From the IMG/VR virus record IMGVR_UViG_2554235304_000008: a DNA stretch of 35,555 nucleotides. One strand, written 5' to 3'. Made by a program: the position numbers and the translations under genes. Positions 8,206 through 19,300 of this stretch are shown here, in pieces (within the stretch, counting starts at the first letter, position 1; each line of letters starts with the position of its first letter). The notes under the pieces were generated by a model, which worked only from the letters and a program-made list of their open reading frames with translations, was not told the DNA's origin and ran no database searches. The stretch comes from a virus (taxonomy: Duplodnaviria > Heunggongvirae > Uroviricota > Caudoviricetes).

Positions 8206-9483
8206 TCATTCTCCTGTTCTGCCTGTATCACTGCCCACTTCATCCAGCCCCTTGACATCCTGCCACGGCCCGTCACCAAACCTGACCTGCAAATGCTGAA
8301 AAAACCCCTGAACCCGTGTGGCATCTTTGGGGTCAAGAAAGGTCAGTCCGGTGATGAGTGCGCCATCTGTATCCGGGAACCAGCCATTGCTGTTTGTCTC
8401 AATAATGTTTCCCGGCCCCAGACGGAACCGTATTTGTGTCTCCCCCGGGTCGCCCTTCGGTCCCTGAGGTCCGGTTGCCCCCACCGGGCCAGCCGCACCT
8501 GTTTCTCCTTTCGGTCCCTGTGGGCCTGCCGGACCTGCCGCACCGGTATCTCCCTTTGGACCCTGTGGACCTGCATTTCCCGTCAGACCGGTCTCTCCCC
8601 GCTCTCCCCTGTCACCTTTCGGCCCCCTTTCACCGGTTGCCCCTGCCGGGCCGGTGTCGCCACGCTCTCCTTTATCTCCCTTCGGCCCCTGAGGATCCGC
8701 GGGCCCCGGTTCCCCCTTTGGCCCGGGAGGCCCCACCACGGTCGGGATTCGGTTTACGGCTTCTTCCGCCGCTATCCTGCTTTGTTCCGCTGACTGTGCG
8801 CTTTCTGCTGACTCCCGGGCTTTTTCTGTTGCGGTCGTTGCATCCCTGGCTGCATTACCGGCTGCACTTTCTGCCGTCTTTTTTGACAACTCAGCATCTG
8901 CTGCACTTTGTGATGACTCACTGGCTTTTTGAGCAGCCGCAGAGGCCGAGGACGAGGACGCCTCCTCTGACTGCTTTGCAGCGGCTGCACTTTCTGCCGC
9001 CTGCCGGGCTGACTCCGATGCATCCCCTGCTGAAGTGTCAGCATTTGCAGCGCTCTCTTCTGCCTGACTGGCTGATATGCCGGCATTCCTCGCGGACGTC
9101 TCCGCCTCTCCGGCATTCTTCTTCGCCTCCTCAGCGTGACGCGCCGCTTCTTCCACCATCAGTTCAAAACGACGCAGTGCCTCCGGTCGGACATCATCCT
9201 CTGTCATGGCACCGAGAAAATCATTCAGCGTACCTGGTCTGGAACCTTCATAGACGGTAATGGTCCCGGCATGTGAAGGCGGAAAACCTTCAACCAGCAG
9301 GGTGACGCTGTACTGACCATGCTCAACATCCATGCTGTAACGTCCGGCTTCATCCGGATTTTCAGAGGCCACCGTGTTCACCACCACCGTGCTGCTGGTT
9401 CGTCTGGCCTTCAGCACAATGGTGCAGTTCTGTACTGGTTTTCCTGTGCCATCTTTAAGCACGCCAGAAATTTTTACTGTCAT
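8206..9483 (-). CDS. stf: Side tail fibre protein with collagen-like Gly-X-Y repeats
   Basis: N-terminus [28 protein letters not shown]...[14 protein letters not shown] matches the lambda Stf N-terminal domain. It is followed by an Ala/Ser/Glu-rich region and about 100 aa of GPxGxxGxxG triplets. Confidence 0.85.
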   Translation of the reverse strand: MTVKISGVLKDGTGKPVQNCTIVLKARRTSSTVVVNTVASENPDEAGRYSMDVEHGQYSVTLLVEGFPPSHAGTITVYEGSRPGTLNDFLGAMTEDDVRPEALRRFELMVEEAARHAEEAKKNAGEAETSARNAGISASQAEESAANADTSAGDASESARQAAESAAAAKQSEEASSSSASAAAQKASESSQSAADAELSKKTAESAAGNAARDATTATEKARESAESAQSAEQSRIAAEEAVNRIPTVVGPPGPKGEPGPADPQGPKGDKGERGDTGPAGATGERGPKGDRGERGETGLTGNAGPQGPKGDTGAAGPAGPQGPKGETGAAGPVGATGPQGPKGDPGETQIRFRLGPGNIIETNSNGWFPDTDGALITGLTFLDPKDATRVQGFFQHLQVRFGDGPWQDVKGLDEVGSDTGRTGE

Positions 9484-9496
9484 ACTTTTCCACCAA

Positions 9497-9529
9497 TAAA
9501 AAAAGCCCGCAGCAGTGACGCCACGGGCT
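9497..9529 (-). terminator. Intrinsic terminator downstream of lom
   Basis: Hairpin AGCCCG...CGGGCT (9504-9529) with a U-run on the minus strand (A-run 9497-9504 on +). Confidence 0.5.
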
Positions 9530-9634
9530 TCAGGACAGTGTAACTTTACGTTTCCTCAAACGCAGTTCACCCCATAAGGTGGATGAACCTGCGTATCATA
9601 ACAATATTTACAGAAGATAAATCGGCGTCTGTTG

Positions 9635-10234
9635 TCAGAAACGGTATCCGATACCAACAATAAATGCATCCGTTCGCCAGTCGCCACTACCGGAACCTTC
9701 ATAAGCAAGGTCAATGGTCACGGATTCGGTCGGGTTAAACTGCACGCCAGCCCCCCACGCCAGAGACGTGTTGCTGTGGCGACCGTCATCACTTCCGGTC
9801 AGCACATCGTGCGTTTTCCCCTTGTTGTCAGTTACGCGGAGATAATCCCCGGAGAAAGTCGACACACGGCTGTAAGCCACACCCACCATCGCATACGCGC
9901 TGAACCATTCATTCACGCGTACAGACGGCCCCGCCATCACGCTGAACCAGCGGTTACGCACGGAATCTTCATGCCAGCGGGTATCGCTGTAGTGCGTTTT
10001 TTGCTCATCCTCAGCATTGGCATAACTGAAGGACGTAATCAGCCCCAGCGCGTCCGTAAACTCATAACGGTATTTCACGTTAATCCCGTTCAGATTATCG
10101 CTGCCGGGAGCGTTCGTACGGGCATGAAGATACCCCGCGCTCAGTGTGGACTGATGTTCAGACGCCCATGCAGGCGCACCGGATACGGACAGACAGATGG
10201 CTGCGGACAAAATGGCTGCACAAACTTTACGCAT
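9635..10234 (-). CDS. lom: Lom/Ail/PagC-family outer membrane beta-barrel protein
   Basis: 199-aa ORF with a signal peptide and the family pattern ...GINVKYRYEFTD...SVMAGP...SAYAMVGVA...DLAYEGSGSGDWRTDAFIVGIGYRF, very close to lambda Lom. Positioned after J as in lambda. Confidence 0.9.
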   Translation of the reverse strand: MRKVCAAILSAAICLSVSGAPAWASEHQSTLSAGYLHARTNAPGSDNLNGINVKYRYEFTDALGLITSFSYANAEDEQKTHYSDTRWHEDSVRNRWFSVMAGPSVRVNEWFSAYAMVGVAYSRVSTFSGDYLRVTDNKGKTHDVLTGSDDGRHSNTSLAWGAGVQFNPTESVTIDLAYEGSGSGDWRTDAFIVGIGYRF

Positions 10235-10255
10235 AATTACCTCTCGCTTTTCTGC

Positions 10256-10284
10256 AATAAAAAAGGCGCCATTTCTGGCGCCCG
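10256..10284 (-). terminator. Intrinsic terminator between J and lom
   Basis: Palindrome GGCGCC-ATTTCT-GGCGCC (10265-10282) with a U-run on the minus strand. Confidence 0.55.
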
Positions 10285-10301
10285 TATATGGGTTATAAAA
10301 T

Positions 10302-13300
10302 TCAGCTGATACTGATGCCTGCGGTGGCTTTCTTCATCACCACAACCAGCAAATCGCTGATACTTGCTGTGGGATACCAGTTATTCACCAGCCATGCTGA
10401 CACCGAAAACTCCAGTGTCATGTGACCGTGACCGGCAGGCATATCAATAACACCACTGTAAATCAGCGTATTATCCAGCGCGGTACGGTTATAAATTTCA
10501 GCACCGTTTTTCCGCACTATCAGACGGCATGAGGAGTAAATATCAGTATGCTCTTTCTCATGTTTAGCGCCGCTGAATGCCACCGCCGGAATAACAATCT
10601 GCCGGTCAAACGGCTGATCGTCATAAACCCTGACGGTAATGGTCCCTGATGGCCACCGCTCCGGTGCACGGGAGTCCCGGGGGAAAGCTTTGCCCACTGT
10701 TTTAACGAGATCGCCTTCAATCTGGTTGGCGGACAGTTTTCCCAGAACCCGACAGTTTTCGTTAATCGTGACGTTGTTGAGCGTCCCGGAGTTCGCATTC
10801 ACGTTACCGCTGATATCGGCATTTTTCGCCGTCAGCCGCCCGTCCGGTGTCAGGGAAAATGCCGGAGGATTACCGCCACTGGTAATGGTGGGAGCCGTCA
10901 GGTATTTCAGGAACACTTCGTTCATGAATATCTGATCGCCCTGACCAACAAACATCGGCTTTGTGTTGCCATTCGCAGGATTAATCATCGCAATCCGGTC
11001 AGCAGCCAGAAGCACCTGACTCTGCATACCTGCTGGCGTATTCTCAATACCGGCTCCGATACCCGCAATATAAAGGCGTCCGTCCTTCATCTGCTGCAGT
11101 TTCACGGCCCACATGCTGTTCAGGTTATTATTTGTATCAACCTGAACTTTCTGTATCTGCTGGATTGCCGCGCTCTGATTTTCCAGTTTTTTATTGACGG
11201 TCTGCGTGATTTCATTGCTGACATTCGTAATGGACGTCCTGATTTCAGCCAGATCAGGCGCAAGCTGACCGTTATCAATCTGCGTCCACAACTCCTGAGC
11301 CAGATGGGTTTTCCCTATCTCTCCTTTGAAAAAATCCAGATAGCCGGATGCATCATCACTCGGCTGGCCAACAGCCTCCACAAATGCCGATTTGCCAACA
11401 GTATTCACACTGCGGATATAAAAATAATAATCATGGCCCGGTTTGATATTGATACTGGCAGCTATCCAGTACAGCGCCGAGCCAAGATAGCGGGCTGCGG
11501 TTTCAACCTGCCTGATATCCGCAATCCGCTTTTCCGAGAACCAGAACTCAAACTGTACCGTCGGGTCATAAACGGCAAGATGCGGCGTGGCGGTTATCTG
11601 AAAATAGCCCGGCGTCAGCTCAATCCGCGACGGTGCTGCCGGTGCGGCAATCCGGAAGGTGGTGGTGGCAGGTTCACCCTGCTGGCCATAGCTGTTTATC
11701 GCCCGCACCGTCAGGGTGTATTCCCCGAGCGGCAGGCCGCTGAAACGGTGCTCCGTGTCTGCGGTGATGGCGGTGGTCACCAGTCTGGCATCCGTTCCCT
11801 TACCACTGGTCAGGCGCAGACTGAAGCGCACACCCTTCACCACCCGCGGCGTGTCCCATTTCGCCTGCGCCAGATACTGGCCGTCAGCTGCGCTCACCTC
11901 CACCGTCAGGTGCTGCACTGCCGGTGGGATGACGCTGTTCAGGGAACCTGACTGCGGCTCAAAGCGGGCACCGTTATCCACGATGGCTTCTTTTTCCGGT
12001 ACGTGCTGCACCGCCGTGATGGCAAAGGTGCCGTCCGTGTTTTCCCGGACGGAGACACAGCGGAACAGGCGACGGCGCAGTGACGGCAGGGAGAGTCCCC
12101 ACACCCCGTATGTCTCCACACCATCAGGCAGGGTACTGACCTGTATCCGGTCCGGCGCGGGGTGTTCGGTGATGTCCACACTCACCGGCTTACCGCTGCC
12201 GTTAATCAGGTTCACCGTGGCGGCACCGGTCTCCGGAAGTGTCACTTCACGGTCCAGCGTCAGGGTGCGGGTGGCAGCATCAATGGACAGGACACGTCCG
12301 CCGGTCAGGGTCCCGGCATAGTCGTTATCACAGATTTCAATGATGTCACCGGGTGTGTGCCGCAGCCCCTGAGACCCGAGCGTGAAATCCACCGTCTGCG
12401 TTTCCAGCAGTTCGGTCTTTATCACCCACAGTCCGGCACGGTGGGCCTGACCGCGGCTGGTACAGCCGAACGCGTCCATCTTCAGCAGGTTGCGTCCGTA
12501 GCGCAGTATGGCTTCCGGGTCTTCCACCAGTTCCGTGGAGGTCTGCCAGCCGTTCTGCGGGTCGGTGTAATTCACCTCCACCGCCGTGTGCCGGTCCTTC
12601 AGGGCACTGAAGCTGTAGCGGAATCCCACGCCGTTATCATCCACCACCACATCGCTGTTGGTGTACGGCCACACCACATCCGACGGGCGGTCCTGAACGA
12701 ACGTCAGCGTCTGACCGTTCCATACCGGCATACAGCGCATCGCAGAGCAGAAATCACTGAGAACGTCCCACGCCTTACGCTGTTGTGCCAGGTACGCATT
12801 AAAGGTCATCCGCGGCTCTGTCCCCCCGAAACCATCCGGGACCGTCTGGTCGCAGTACTGCCCGATGGCATACAGCGCCCACTTGTCCACATCCGCCGCC
12901 CCCAGACGTTTTCCCATGCCGTAGCGCGGGTGAGTCAGCATGTCCCACAGGCACCAGGCCGGGTTGTTGCTGTATGCTGGTTTCAGACTGCCGTCCCAGA
13001 TACCACTGTACGTGCGTTTTTCCGGGTCATAGTTTGACGGCACCTGGATGATGCGACCGCGGATATGGTAGTTCACCGTCATCTGCTGGCCGCCGAACTG
13101 CTCCGCATCCACCTGCAGCCCCACAATGGCCGTGTTCGGGTAGCACTGTTTCACATCGATGATTTCGGTGTATGACGACCACAGCGTCTTATTCTGCAGC
13201 TGGTCCGTGGTGCTGTCCGCCGTCTCCCTGACCATCCGGATGTTAAAGGGCCGGGGAGGCAGATTATCCAGAATCACCGAGGCCAGGAACTGTGAGGTGG

Positions 13301-13775
13301 TCTTGCCGTTAATGGTGACGTCCTTTTCCGTCACCCAGCGGCCATTACGCTGTAACTGAATCAGAATCCGGACAGAGGAAGGATTACGGTCGCCCTTTGA
13401 CGTGGTCTGCACCAGTGACAGCACCCCGAAGGTAACCCGCAGGCGGTCAATGTTCGCGGACGTAATGGTGCGCGTCACCGGTTTTGCCTTCGTCACTTCC
13501 ACGCCCAGTCCGGTTTCAGCTCCGGAGGACTCAAAGCCTTCCGGTGGTGTCTGCTCCTGCTCCCCGGCGCGCCAGACCGCCGTCACACCGTGTATCACGG
13601 GATTACCGTCCGTGTCCGTCAGCGGGGTTTTGTTCACCAGAATACTCTGCAGGCCTTTCACCGGGCCTTCTATCGGTCCCTCACCAATCGCATCAATCAC
13701 GCTCATCATCTGCGTGGATTTGAGATTGTCTTTCGCCTCACGCGGTGTGTGCGCCTTGCCGCCACCTTTGCCCAT
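10302..13775 (-). CDS. J: Tail tip / host specificity protein J
   Basis: 1157-aa ORF, size and position as lambda J (1132 aa), in the conserved I-J-lom order. Confidence 0.95.
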   Translation of the reverse strand: MGKGGGKAHTPREAKDNLKSTQMMSVIDAIGEGPIEGPVKGLQSILVNKTPLTDTDGNPVIHGVTAVWRAGEQEQTPPEGFESSGAETGLGVEVTKAKPVTRTITSANIDRLRVTFGVLSLVQTTSKGDRNPSSVRILIQLQRNGRWVTEKDVTINGKTTSQFLASVILDNLPPRPFNIRMVRETADSTTDQLQNKTLWSSYTEIIDVKQCYPNTAIVGLQVDAEQFGGQQMTVNYHIRGRIIQVPSNYDPEKRTYSGIWDGSLKPAYSNNPAWCLWDMLTHPRYGMGKRLGAADVDKWALYAIGQYCDQTVPDGFGGTEPRMTFNAYLAQQRKAWDVLSDFCSAMRCMPVWNGQTLTFVQDRPSDVVWPYTNSDVVVDDNGVGFRYSFSALKDRHTAVEVNYTDPQNGWQTSTELVEDPEAILRYGRNLLKMDAFGCTSRGQAHRAGLWVIKTELLETQTVDFTLGSQGLRHTPGDIIEICDNDYAGTLTGGRVLSIDAATRTLTLDREVTLPETGAATVNLINGSGKPVSVDITEHPAPDRIQVSTLPDGVETYGVWGLSLPSLRRRLFRCVSVRENTDGTFAITAVQHVPEKEAIVDNGARFEPQSGSLNSVIPPAVQHLTVEVSAADGQYLAQAKWDTPRVVKGVRFSLRLTSGKGTDARLVTTAITADTEHRFSGLPLGEYTLTVRAINSYGQQGEPATTTFRIAAPAAPSRIELTPGYFQITATPHLAVYDPTVQFEFWFSEKRIADIRQVETAARYLGSALYWIAASINIKPGHDYYFYIRSVNTVGKSAFVEAVGQPSDDASGYLDFFKGEIGKTHLAQELWTQIDNGQLAPDLAEIRTSITNVSNEITQTVNKKLENQSAAIQQIQKVQVDTNNNLNSMWAVKLQQMKDGRLYIAGIGAGIENTPAGMQSQVLLAADRIAMINPANGNTKPMFVGQGDQIFMNEVFLKYLTAPTITSGGNPPAFSLTPDGRLTAKNADISGNVNANSGTLNNVTINENCRVLGKLSANQIEGDLVKTVGKAFPRDSRAPERWPSGTITVRVYDDQPFDRQIVIPAVAFSGAKHEKEHTDIYSSCRLIVRKNGAEIYNRTALDNTLIYSGVIDMPAGHGHMTLEFSVSAWLVNNWYPTASISDLLVVVMKKATAGISIS

Positions 13776-13878
13776 TACATCACCTCTTACCGTGATAATT
13801 GTTCACTCACAAAAACAACAGGCACCTCACCGGGTGCCTGCGTCATGACGGAATAAAATTTCTGAATATCTTCACATT

Positions 13879-13906
13879 TTCACACACTGACTGTGGCGCT
13901 TATAAT
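13879..13906 (+). promoter_or_regulatory. Candidate sigma70 promoter in the I-J intergenic insert
   Basis: TTCACA (13879-13884), 16-nt spacer, perfect TATAAT (13901-13906). Faces away from the late operon. Confidence 0.4.
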
Positions 13907-13912
13907 TTCGCT

Positions 13913-14010
13913 GCGTTAGTGTTTTTTTGCCCGAGTAACAAAAACAACTCCTTCACATTGATCTTCATTTGTCTGTCCCCGCAGCTCCGCGATCACTGCG
14001 GGATTTTTTT
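13913..14010 (+). ncRNA. Candidate ~100-nt small RNA (promoter-terminator unit between tail genes I and J)
   Basis: Bounded by the predicted promoter upstream and a strong intrinsic terminator at 13978-14010. No ORF with an RBS is evident. Contains a CA-rich stretch AACAAAAACAACTCCTTCACATTG. Confidence 0.35.
13978..14010 (+). terminator. Intrinsic terminator (+ strand) in the I-J intergenic region
   Basis: Stem CCCGCAG / CTGCGGG with an 11-nt loop, followed by ATTTTTTT. Confidence 0.6.
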
Positions 14011-14015
14011 ATGTT

Positions 14016-14696
14016 TTATCCCTGTCGCCCGATAACCACGACCTTTCCGCCCCCGCCTTCATCACGGGTGCTGATGTCCTGGGATATACGGCGGGAGCCA
14101 ACCAGCATTTCCCCGTAAGGCACCGGCATCGGGTTCCCCTGGGCAATCATGTTATCCAGCGAGGAAAAGTACGTGTTCTGTCTGCCGTTATCCGTTGCGC
14201 GGTAATCCGGTGTTTTTGCCTTCGGGGCCAGCATCTGGGCCACACCGCCCAGAATCATGCTGGCTCCAAGTGAAAACAGCATCGTGGTGGCAGAAAAACC
14301 ACCGGCTGCCAGGGCTGAACCCCATAACGCCATTGATGCCCCGGCAGTGAAGAAAGAGCCCACGATGGCTGCCGCCCCCAACACAATCTGCAGTCCACCC
14401 TTTCCGGCCCCGGCCAGTCGCGGCACAATGTGGATGACCGTTCCCTCACCCAGATGTTCGTGAAGGCGGGCGTACACCACCTCCGGTGCCGTGTCTTCAC
14501 CGGCAATACGTATCTGGTACCAGCCTTCGTTCATCTGAAGGCGGAATCCCGGCATCTGCATCGACAGGGCACGGATGGCTTCCGCTGCCGTGTTCACATA
14601 CAGGCTGAGGCGGCGGCCAAATCGTTGTAAATCCCCGTGAAGGCAGATGTGTGCCAGTGGCGGTGACGCCAGACAGAATGCGTTCGTCGTTGCCAT
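14016..14696 (-). CDS. I: Tail assembly protein I
   Basis: 226-aa ORF. N-terminus ...ICLHGDLQRFGRR...AEAIRAL...WYQIRIAG...IHIVPRLAGA... and C-terminal QNTYFSSLDNMIAQGN track lambda I. Confidence 0.9.
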   Translation of the reverse strand: MATTNAFCLASPPLAHICLHGDLQRFGRRLSLYVNTAAEAIRALSMQMPGFRLQMNEGWYQIRIAGEDTAPEVVYARLHEHLGEGTVIHIVPRLAGAGKGGLQIVLGAAAIVGSFFTAGASMALWGSALAAGGFSATTMLFSLGASMILGGVAQMLAPKAKTPDYRATDNGRQNTYFSSLDNMIAQGNPMPVPYGEMLVGSRRISQDISTRDEGGGGKVVVIGRQG

Positions 14697-15337
14697 TTTT
14701 CGGAATACCTCTCCCGTTTACTCAGTTGTTCAGGAATATGGTGAAGCAGTTCACCGTTGCCGCAGTATATGGCGGCATGATTGGCCACCGATGCGCCAAA
14801 GCAGCACAGCAGGATATCGCCAGGCTGTGCGGAAGGCAGGGAAATCCTGTAAAAACCAGTCGCCTCCATATTGTCCAGGTACAGGTTCTGACCGTTGCGC
14901 CACCAGTCATCCTCACGCTCAAAATCCGGCATATCAATTCCCGCCAGATGGTAGGCATCCCGGAACAGCGTGTAACAGTCCGTCACCCCGTGCTCAAAGC
15001 GCCGTCCTGTCAGATGTGGCACACAGCGGAATTTATGAATTTCCCCCCGGCAGACCAGCCACCAGGACAGTGCACTTTTTATCTGCAGCCGCCGGTCGGC
15101 CTCGCTCAGCCAGGGCAGACCACCGGGATGACTGTGGACCAGTGCCACAATCTCCCCCTGCATCTCTGCCCGCAGCCAGTCTTCCGGTGCAATACGAAAA
15201 TACGCCTCCGGCTCTGCAGAGATATTCACACAAGGGATATACCGCTCCCCCTCCTGCGTTCTCACCACGAAGCCGCACGACTCCGCAGGCACACACCGCC
15301 AGGCATGCGCCAGAATCGCTGATTCTGTCTGTGTCAT
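14594..15337 (-). CDS. K: Tail assembly protein K (JAB/MPN plus NlpC/P60 domains)
   Basis: Starts MTQTESAILAHA... as lambda K. Carries a JAMM-like HSHPGG...SEAD motif and a cysteine-peptidase-like DCYTLF motif. Overlaps I by about 103 nt, as recalled for lambda K/I. Confidence 0.85.
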   Translation of the reverse strand: MTQTESAILAHAWRCVPAESCGFVVRTQEGERYIPCVNISAEPEAYFRIAPEDWLRAEMQGEIVALVHSHPGGLPWLSEADRRLQIKSALSWWLVCRGEIHKFRCVPHLTGRRFEHGVTDCYTLFRDAYHLAGIDMPDFEREDDWWRNGQNLYLDNMEATGFYRISLPSAQPGDILLCCFGASVANHAAIYCGNGELLHHIPEQLSKRERYSEKWQRRTHSVWRHRHWHTSAFTGIYNDLAAASACM

Positions 15338-15342
15338 TGGAT

Positions 15343-16041
15343 TTACTGCGAAAGTTTGTTAATGGAAAGGAAACCGCCAAAATTGCCGACATTCCTGCGC
15401 AGTTCACACCCGCGCATGCACTTGCTGCATCTGTCCTTACGGATATCCGTGGTGGGGTTGTCGAACTCATCCGCCACCGCAGGACCGTTATACCCGCATT
15501 CATCTCCCCGGTAATCCCACATACAGGTGTTCGCCAGCATGATGCGACCGGGAAACAGCGCCCCGTCCGTCTCGGTCGGTGTGGCCAGCACAAACGAGGC
15601 CGTCATGGCTGTCAGCTGCGACATCTGCTCCACCACCCAGCGGTCACTCAGCTCCTGCTCCGGGTCCGCCTCCGGATTGCCCGCAACGAAATTCACCGCA
15701 TCCAGAAAACGGGCATACACCCGGCGGCGGACCACCGTGGCCCCCACCAGACTCTGCAGGTCCTCCGCCATCCCGGTGACAAGGCCAAACAGATTGGACA
15801 CCGTCAGCGACGGGCGGGCACTGCTGCCCCGGCCGTTCATCTCAAAGCCGCTGCCGTCAATCGGGTATGCCTCATACTTACGCCCCTGCCAGGTGACCGG
15901 CTCCCCTTTTTCATTCAGCTCATTACAGAAAAAATACCGCTCACCGCCCTGTACCATCAGGTCGATTTCCCAGAGTACCACCCGCGGTGACTGCTCTGAT
16001 TTAACCGACTCGTTCAGACTTTCTTCGTGAATATCCTGCAT
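15343..16041 (-). CDS. L: Minor tail protein L
   Basis: 232-aa ORF, same length as lambda L, with a cysteine cluster near the C-terminus. Position between M and K. Confidence 0.9.
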   Translation of the reverse strand: MQDIHEESLNESVKSEQSPRVVLWEIDLMVQGGERYFFCNELNEKGEPVTWQGRKYEAYPIDGSGFEMNGRGSSARPSLTVSNLFGLVTGMAEDLQSLVGATVVRRRVYARFLDAVNFVAGNPEADPEQELSDRWVVEQMSQLTAMTASFVLATPTETDGALFPGRIMLANTCMWDYRGDECGYNGPAVADEFDNPTTDIRKDRCSKCMRGCELRRNVGNFGGFLSINKLSQ

Positions 16042-16382
16042 CAGTTCACCACCTGCTCAATCGTACAACTGAAATCACTGTACCTGGCGTTATCTGTGAC
16101 GCTCCACTCCCGGCATACCACCCTCACCGTCCGGTTATGTTTCGGCGGTCGCCACAAAAAGGCACGGTAACCACCATGCCACGATAAAAACTCTTCCAGC
16201 CATCGCCGGGTCGCCTCATCCGTCACCCGGAACACCGCCTGAAACGTCTTCAGTCGGGCATTAAGTCCCGTCGGGCGGCGCTGTTCATAACCGTCACCAA
16301 ACCGTACCCTCGCCACCGACGGTTTCTCACTCACCTGCATCCCTTCACGCGGGACCAGATGCAGCGTTTTTATCTCAGCCAC
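16041..16382 (-). CDS. M: Minor tail protein M
   Basis: 113-aa ORF with ...RFGDGYEQRRPTGLNA...FLW.PP... and C-terminal EQVVN, like lambda M. Overlaps L start and H end. Confidence 0.85.
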   Translation of the reverse strand: MAEIKTLHLVPREGMQVSEKPSVARVRFGDGYEQRRPTGLNARLKTFQAVFRVTDEATRRWLEEFLSWHGGYRAFLWRPPKHNRTVRVVCREWSVTDNARYSDFSCTIEQVVN

Positions 16383-19300
16383 TCAGCATTCCTCCGTCAC
16401 GTCGCATGGACAGCATCACCGCCTGCACCCGCTGGTCAATCAGTTGCACAAGGCTGCCCGCAGCTTCCGGCCCTATCTGGCCATTAGTCCCGTCATTCTG
16501 AATGGCGATATGGTAGACCGGGGAATACACCAGACCTGCACTGCCGTTCATACTGCCCACCGCTCGCACACCCAGCGAGCCATCCGCCGCCCGGGTCAGG
16601 GGCATAATGGCTTCAGGACCGGCCTCCCCCATCAGTCCCGCCCCTTTTGCAAAGGCAAAGTACGTGGGCGTATCCACAATACTGTTGCTGTACGCACTCA
16701 GGTTTGCCGAGGTATACACCCCGCCTTTTGCATTGGCCACCGCACCGCCCAGCCAGCTACCAATACTGCCGATAAATCCTCCCGCTCCGGACATACTGTT
16801 TGCCGCCGTCTTGATCCCGTTGACAATCGCGGCATTCATAAGAACTTTTGATATTTCCTGCAGCACTGATGAGGCCCAGCTGCGCCATTCCACTTTATTT
16901 CCGTTCAGCATCTCCGTGATGTTATTCACCATCCCTGAGATACCCTCCGTCGCCAGCTGTGCTGCCTGTGAGGCGTAATCGGACGCATTATCCACCCAGT
17001 TACTGAATCCCTCCTGCAGCCCTTTCTGCCAGTCCGCACGCTGCACATCCGATTCGGCATAAAAGGCTTCCTGCTCTTTCAGACGTTCACTCAGATACTG
17101 CGCGTTCTGTGCCAGAGCCTGTCTGTAAAAATCCTCACTGATATCCCCGGTCTGATACTGAGACTGAAGGTCCGCATCCTTCTGGCGGAAACTGTCGCGG
17201 ATCTGCTGCAACTCCCGCATGCGTTCACGGAGCCGCTCTCCCTGCCCGTACCCCAGCAGTTCCGCTTCATTTGATGCACGCGCAGCCACATTATCATTCT
17301 TCAGGGTCTCTTCCCGGGACCGCAACTGCTCCCGGATTTTTTGCTGGTCAATCAGGGCCGCATTGCGCAGCAGTTCCTGCTTCTGCATCTCCGTCAGGGT
17401 TTTCAGTTCGCCCTGCGCAGTCTGGTATTTCAGCTTCGCCAGCTCTGTATTCTGCCCCGCAAGTGCCAATTGCTCTTTCTGCTGCTTCAGCAGCCGGGAA
17501 AAACTGTCTTCCGCTTTTTCCGTCTCTGATTTTCCACCCCGGGATTTGGGTTTATTCGCCTCGTTATTGCGCCAGGCTTCCAGGGCATTACTGATATAAC
17601 GTTGTCTCGCCTCCTGATACGGTTCACCCACAAAACCGAGGTCATCCGCCGCATACCCCAGTCGGACACGCTCTTTTTCTTCCCCTTTCAGTCTGGACAG
17701 GGCCAGCTCACGCTCTGTTTTTGTCAGGGCACTCTGCTGTTTATCATCCAGAGTGGCCTGTGGCAGCCGTAACGGCACATTCACCAGTCCCTGCCGCTGC
17801 TGAAGCAGTTCATTACCCAGCCCCAGCAGACGGTTGAATTCCGTATGCTGACCGTTCATAACCAGCATGGACTGGTACACCTTATTCTGCTCTGCCGCCT
17901 GCTGACGAATTAACGCCACACGACGGTCTTCCAGCCCGGCAAGCACATCCTGAATGGACTGCGCTTTTTCCTGCATCTGTGCCAGACGGGACTGCTCAAC
18001 GGCAAGCTGCTCTGTTGCCTGAGAAAGCCCTTCCGTCACGGTCTTCACCGATGTCAGATGGTTTATCATGAATCCGTCACCGGTTGTCCAGCCAGGGTTA
18101 GCCAGAACATACTGATATCCAGCGATTTTTTCCTGCAGGGATTTCACCCGGCTGGCCTGTTCATCAATCAGCCGGTTCTGCTCTGCCAGCGCCGCCCGTG
18201 TTCGTCCTTCATTATCTGAGGCTTCAGGCAAAGACATTGACAGCGTTTTATGCGCGATTTCATCTATCGTCAGTGCATACTGGCGCGCTGACTCCCTGGC
18301 CTGCTCCTGATTCTGGTACAGCGTATACCATGCTGCTGCCCCCAGCATCACCAGTCCGGGTACGCCACCAACCAGTCCCAACGCACCAGTCATCAGACGT
18401 GAGCCCACCGCCGTTGTACTGTTCAGCGCATTCTGGGCTGCGGTTCTGGCAGCAATATTTCTGTTCAGGCGTTCCTGTGTGGCCGCCAGACGGGCTTCTG
18501 CAGCAATCTGCATCTCCGTCCCGCGGGCTGCCGCCACAGCCTGCTGTGCACGGTACACGGCTGCCCTTGCCCGCGCCGTGGCAATCTGCGTCCCCCTGAG
18601 CTGTGCTTCCGCCAGTGCCACTTCATTACGTGCTGCCGTCACAAGTCCTGCCGTGGCAGACACCGCTCCGGAGGCCATATTGCCAAAGTACCGGGCAACC
18701 CCGACGGCAACCAGCGCCCCAGCGGCTGTTGCCACATTATCAATATTACCGGCAACACCGTTCAGCACGCCGGAGAGCGTTTTCGTCGCTCCGCTGGCTT
18801 CATTCGCGCCACCCACCCAGGCCATAAAGGCGTTTTCCACCTTTGTGATCCCGTCAGAGACCGTTTCCGGCATGGCGGCATATTCATCACGCAATACCCC
18901 CAGCTGGCTGATTAACGCAGGAACGACTTTATCCGCCGTCAGTTTGCCGTCGTCCGCCATCGCCTTAAGGTCTTTACGGGCCACGCCCATACCCGCAGCC
19001 AGTGCACGTACGATCCGGTCTCCGCTTTCATTGACCGAATTAAATTCCTCACCGCGTAACACACCCTGTGCCAGCGCCTGGCTGAACTGGGTGATCACCG
19101 AGCCCGCCTCTGCCGTACTGACACCGGAGATTTTCAGCCCCGTGGAAATGGCCTCCGTCACCTTCAGCACATCATCAGCACTGTAACCATATTCACGCAT
19201 TGAGGCTGCCGAGCGGGCAAACAGGGCCGCATTATCTGAAAATGCCGTGCCCGTCCGCTGGCTGATATCCATCAGCACTTTCTGTGATGACGAAAATTCA

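Noticed and set aside
7921-8793. 290-aa plus-strand ORF (also 8436-9260 and 8772-9116)
   Set aside because: Lies antisense to or within the stf gene. It is Pro/Arg/Ser-rich, as expected from reading the collagen-like GC-rich repeats in the wrong frame, and has no start context.
9632-10309. 225-aa plus-strand ORF
   Set aside because: Antisense to lom, which is a confident Lom/Ail family match in lambda position.
11304-13037. Plus-strand ORFs of 200-290 aa inside the J gene
   Set aside because: Antisense to a confidently identified, lambda-collinear J gene. Composition is Arg/Gly/Pro-rich, typical of spurious frames in GC-rich coding DNA.
14647-15990. 447-aa plus-strand ORF across K and L
   Set aside because: Fully overlapped by the K and L genes on the opposite strand. 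Low-complexity Pro/Arg/Ala-rich translation.
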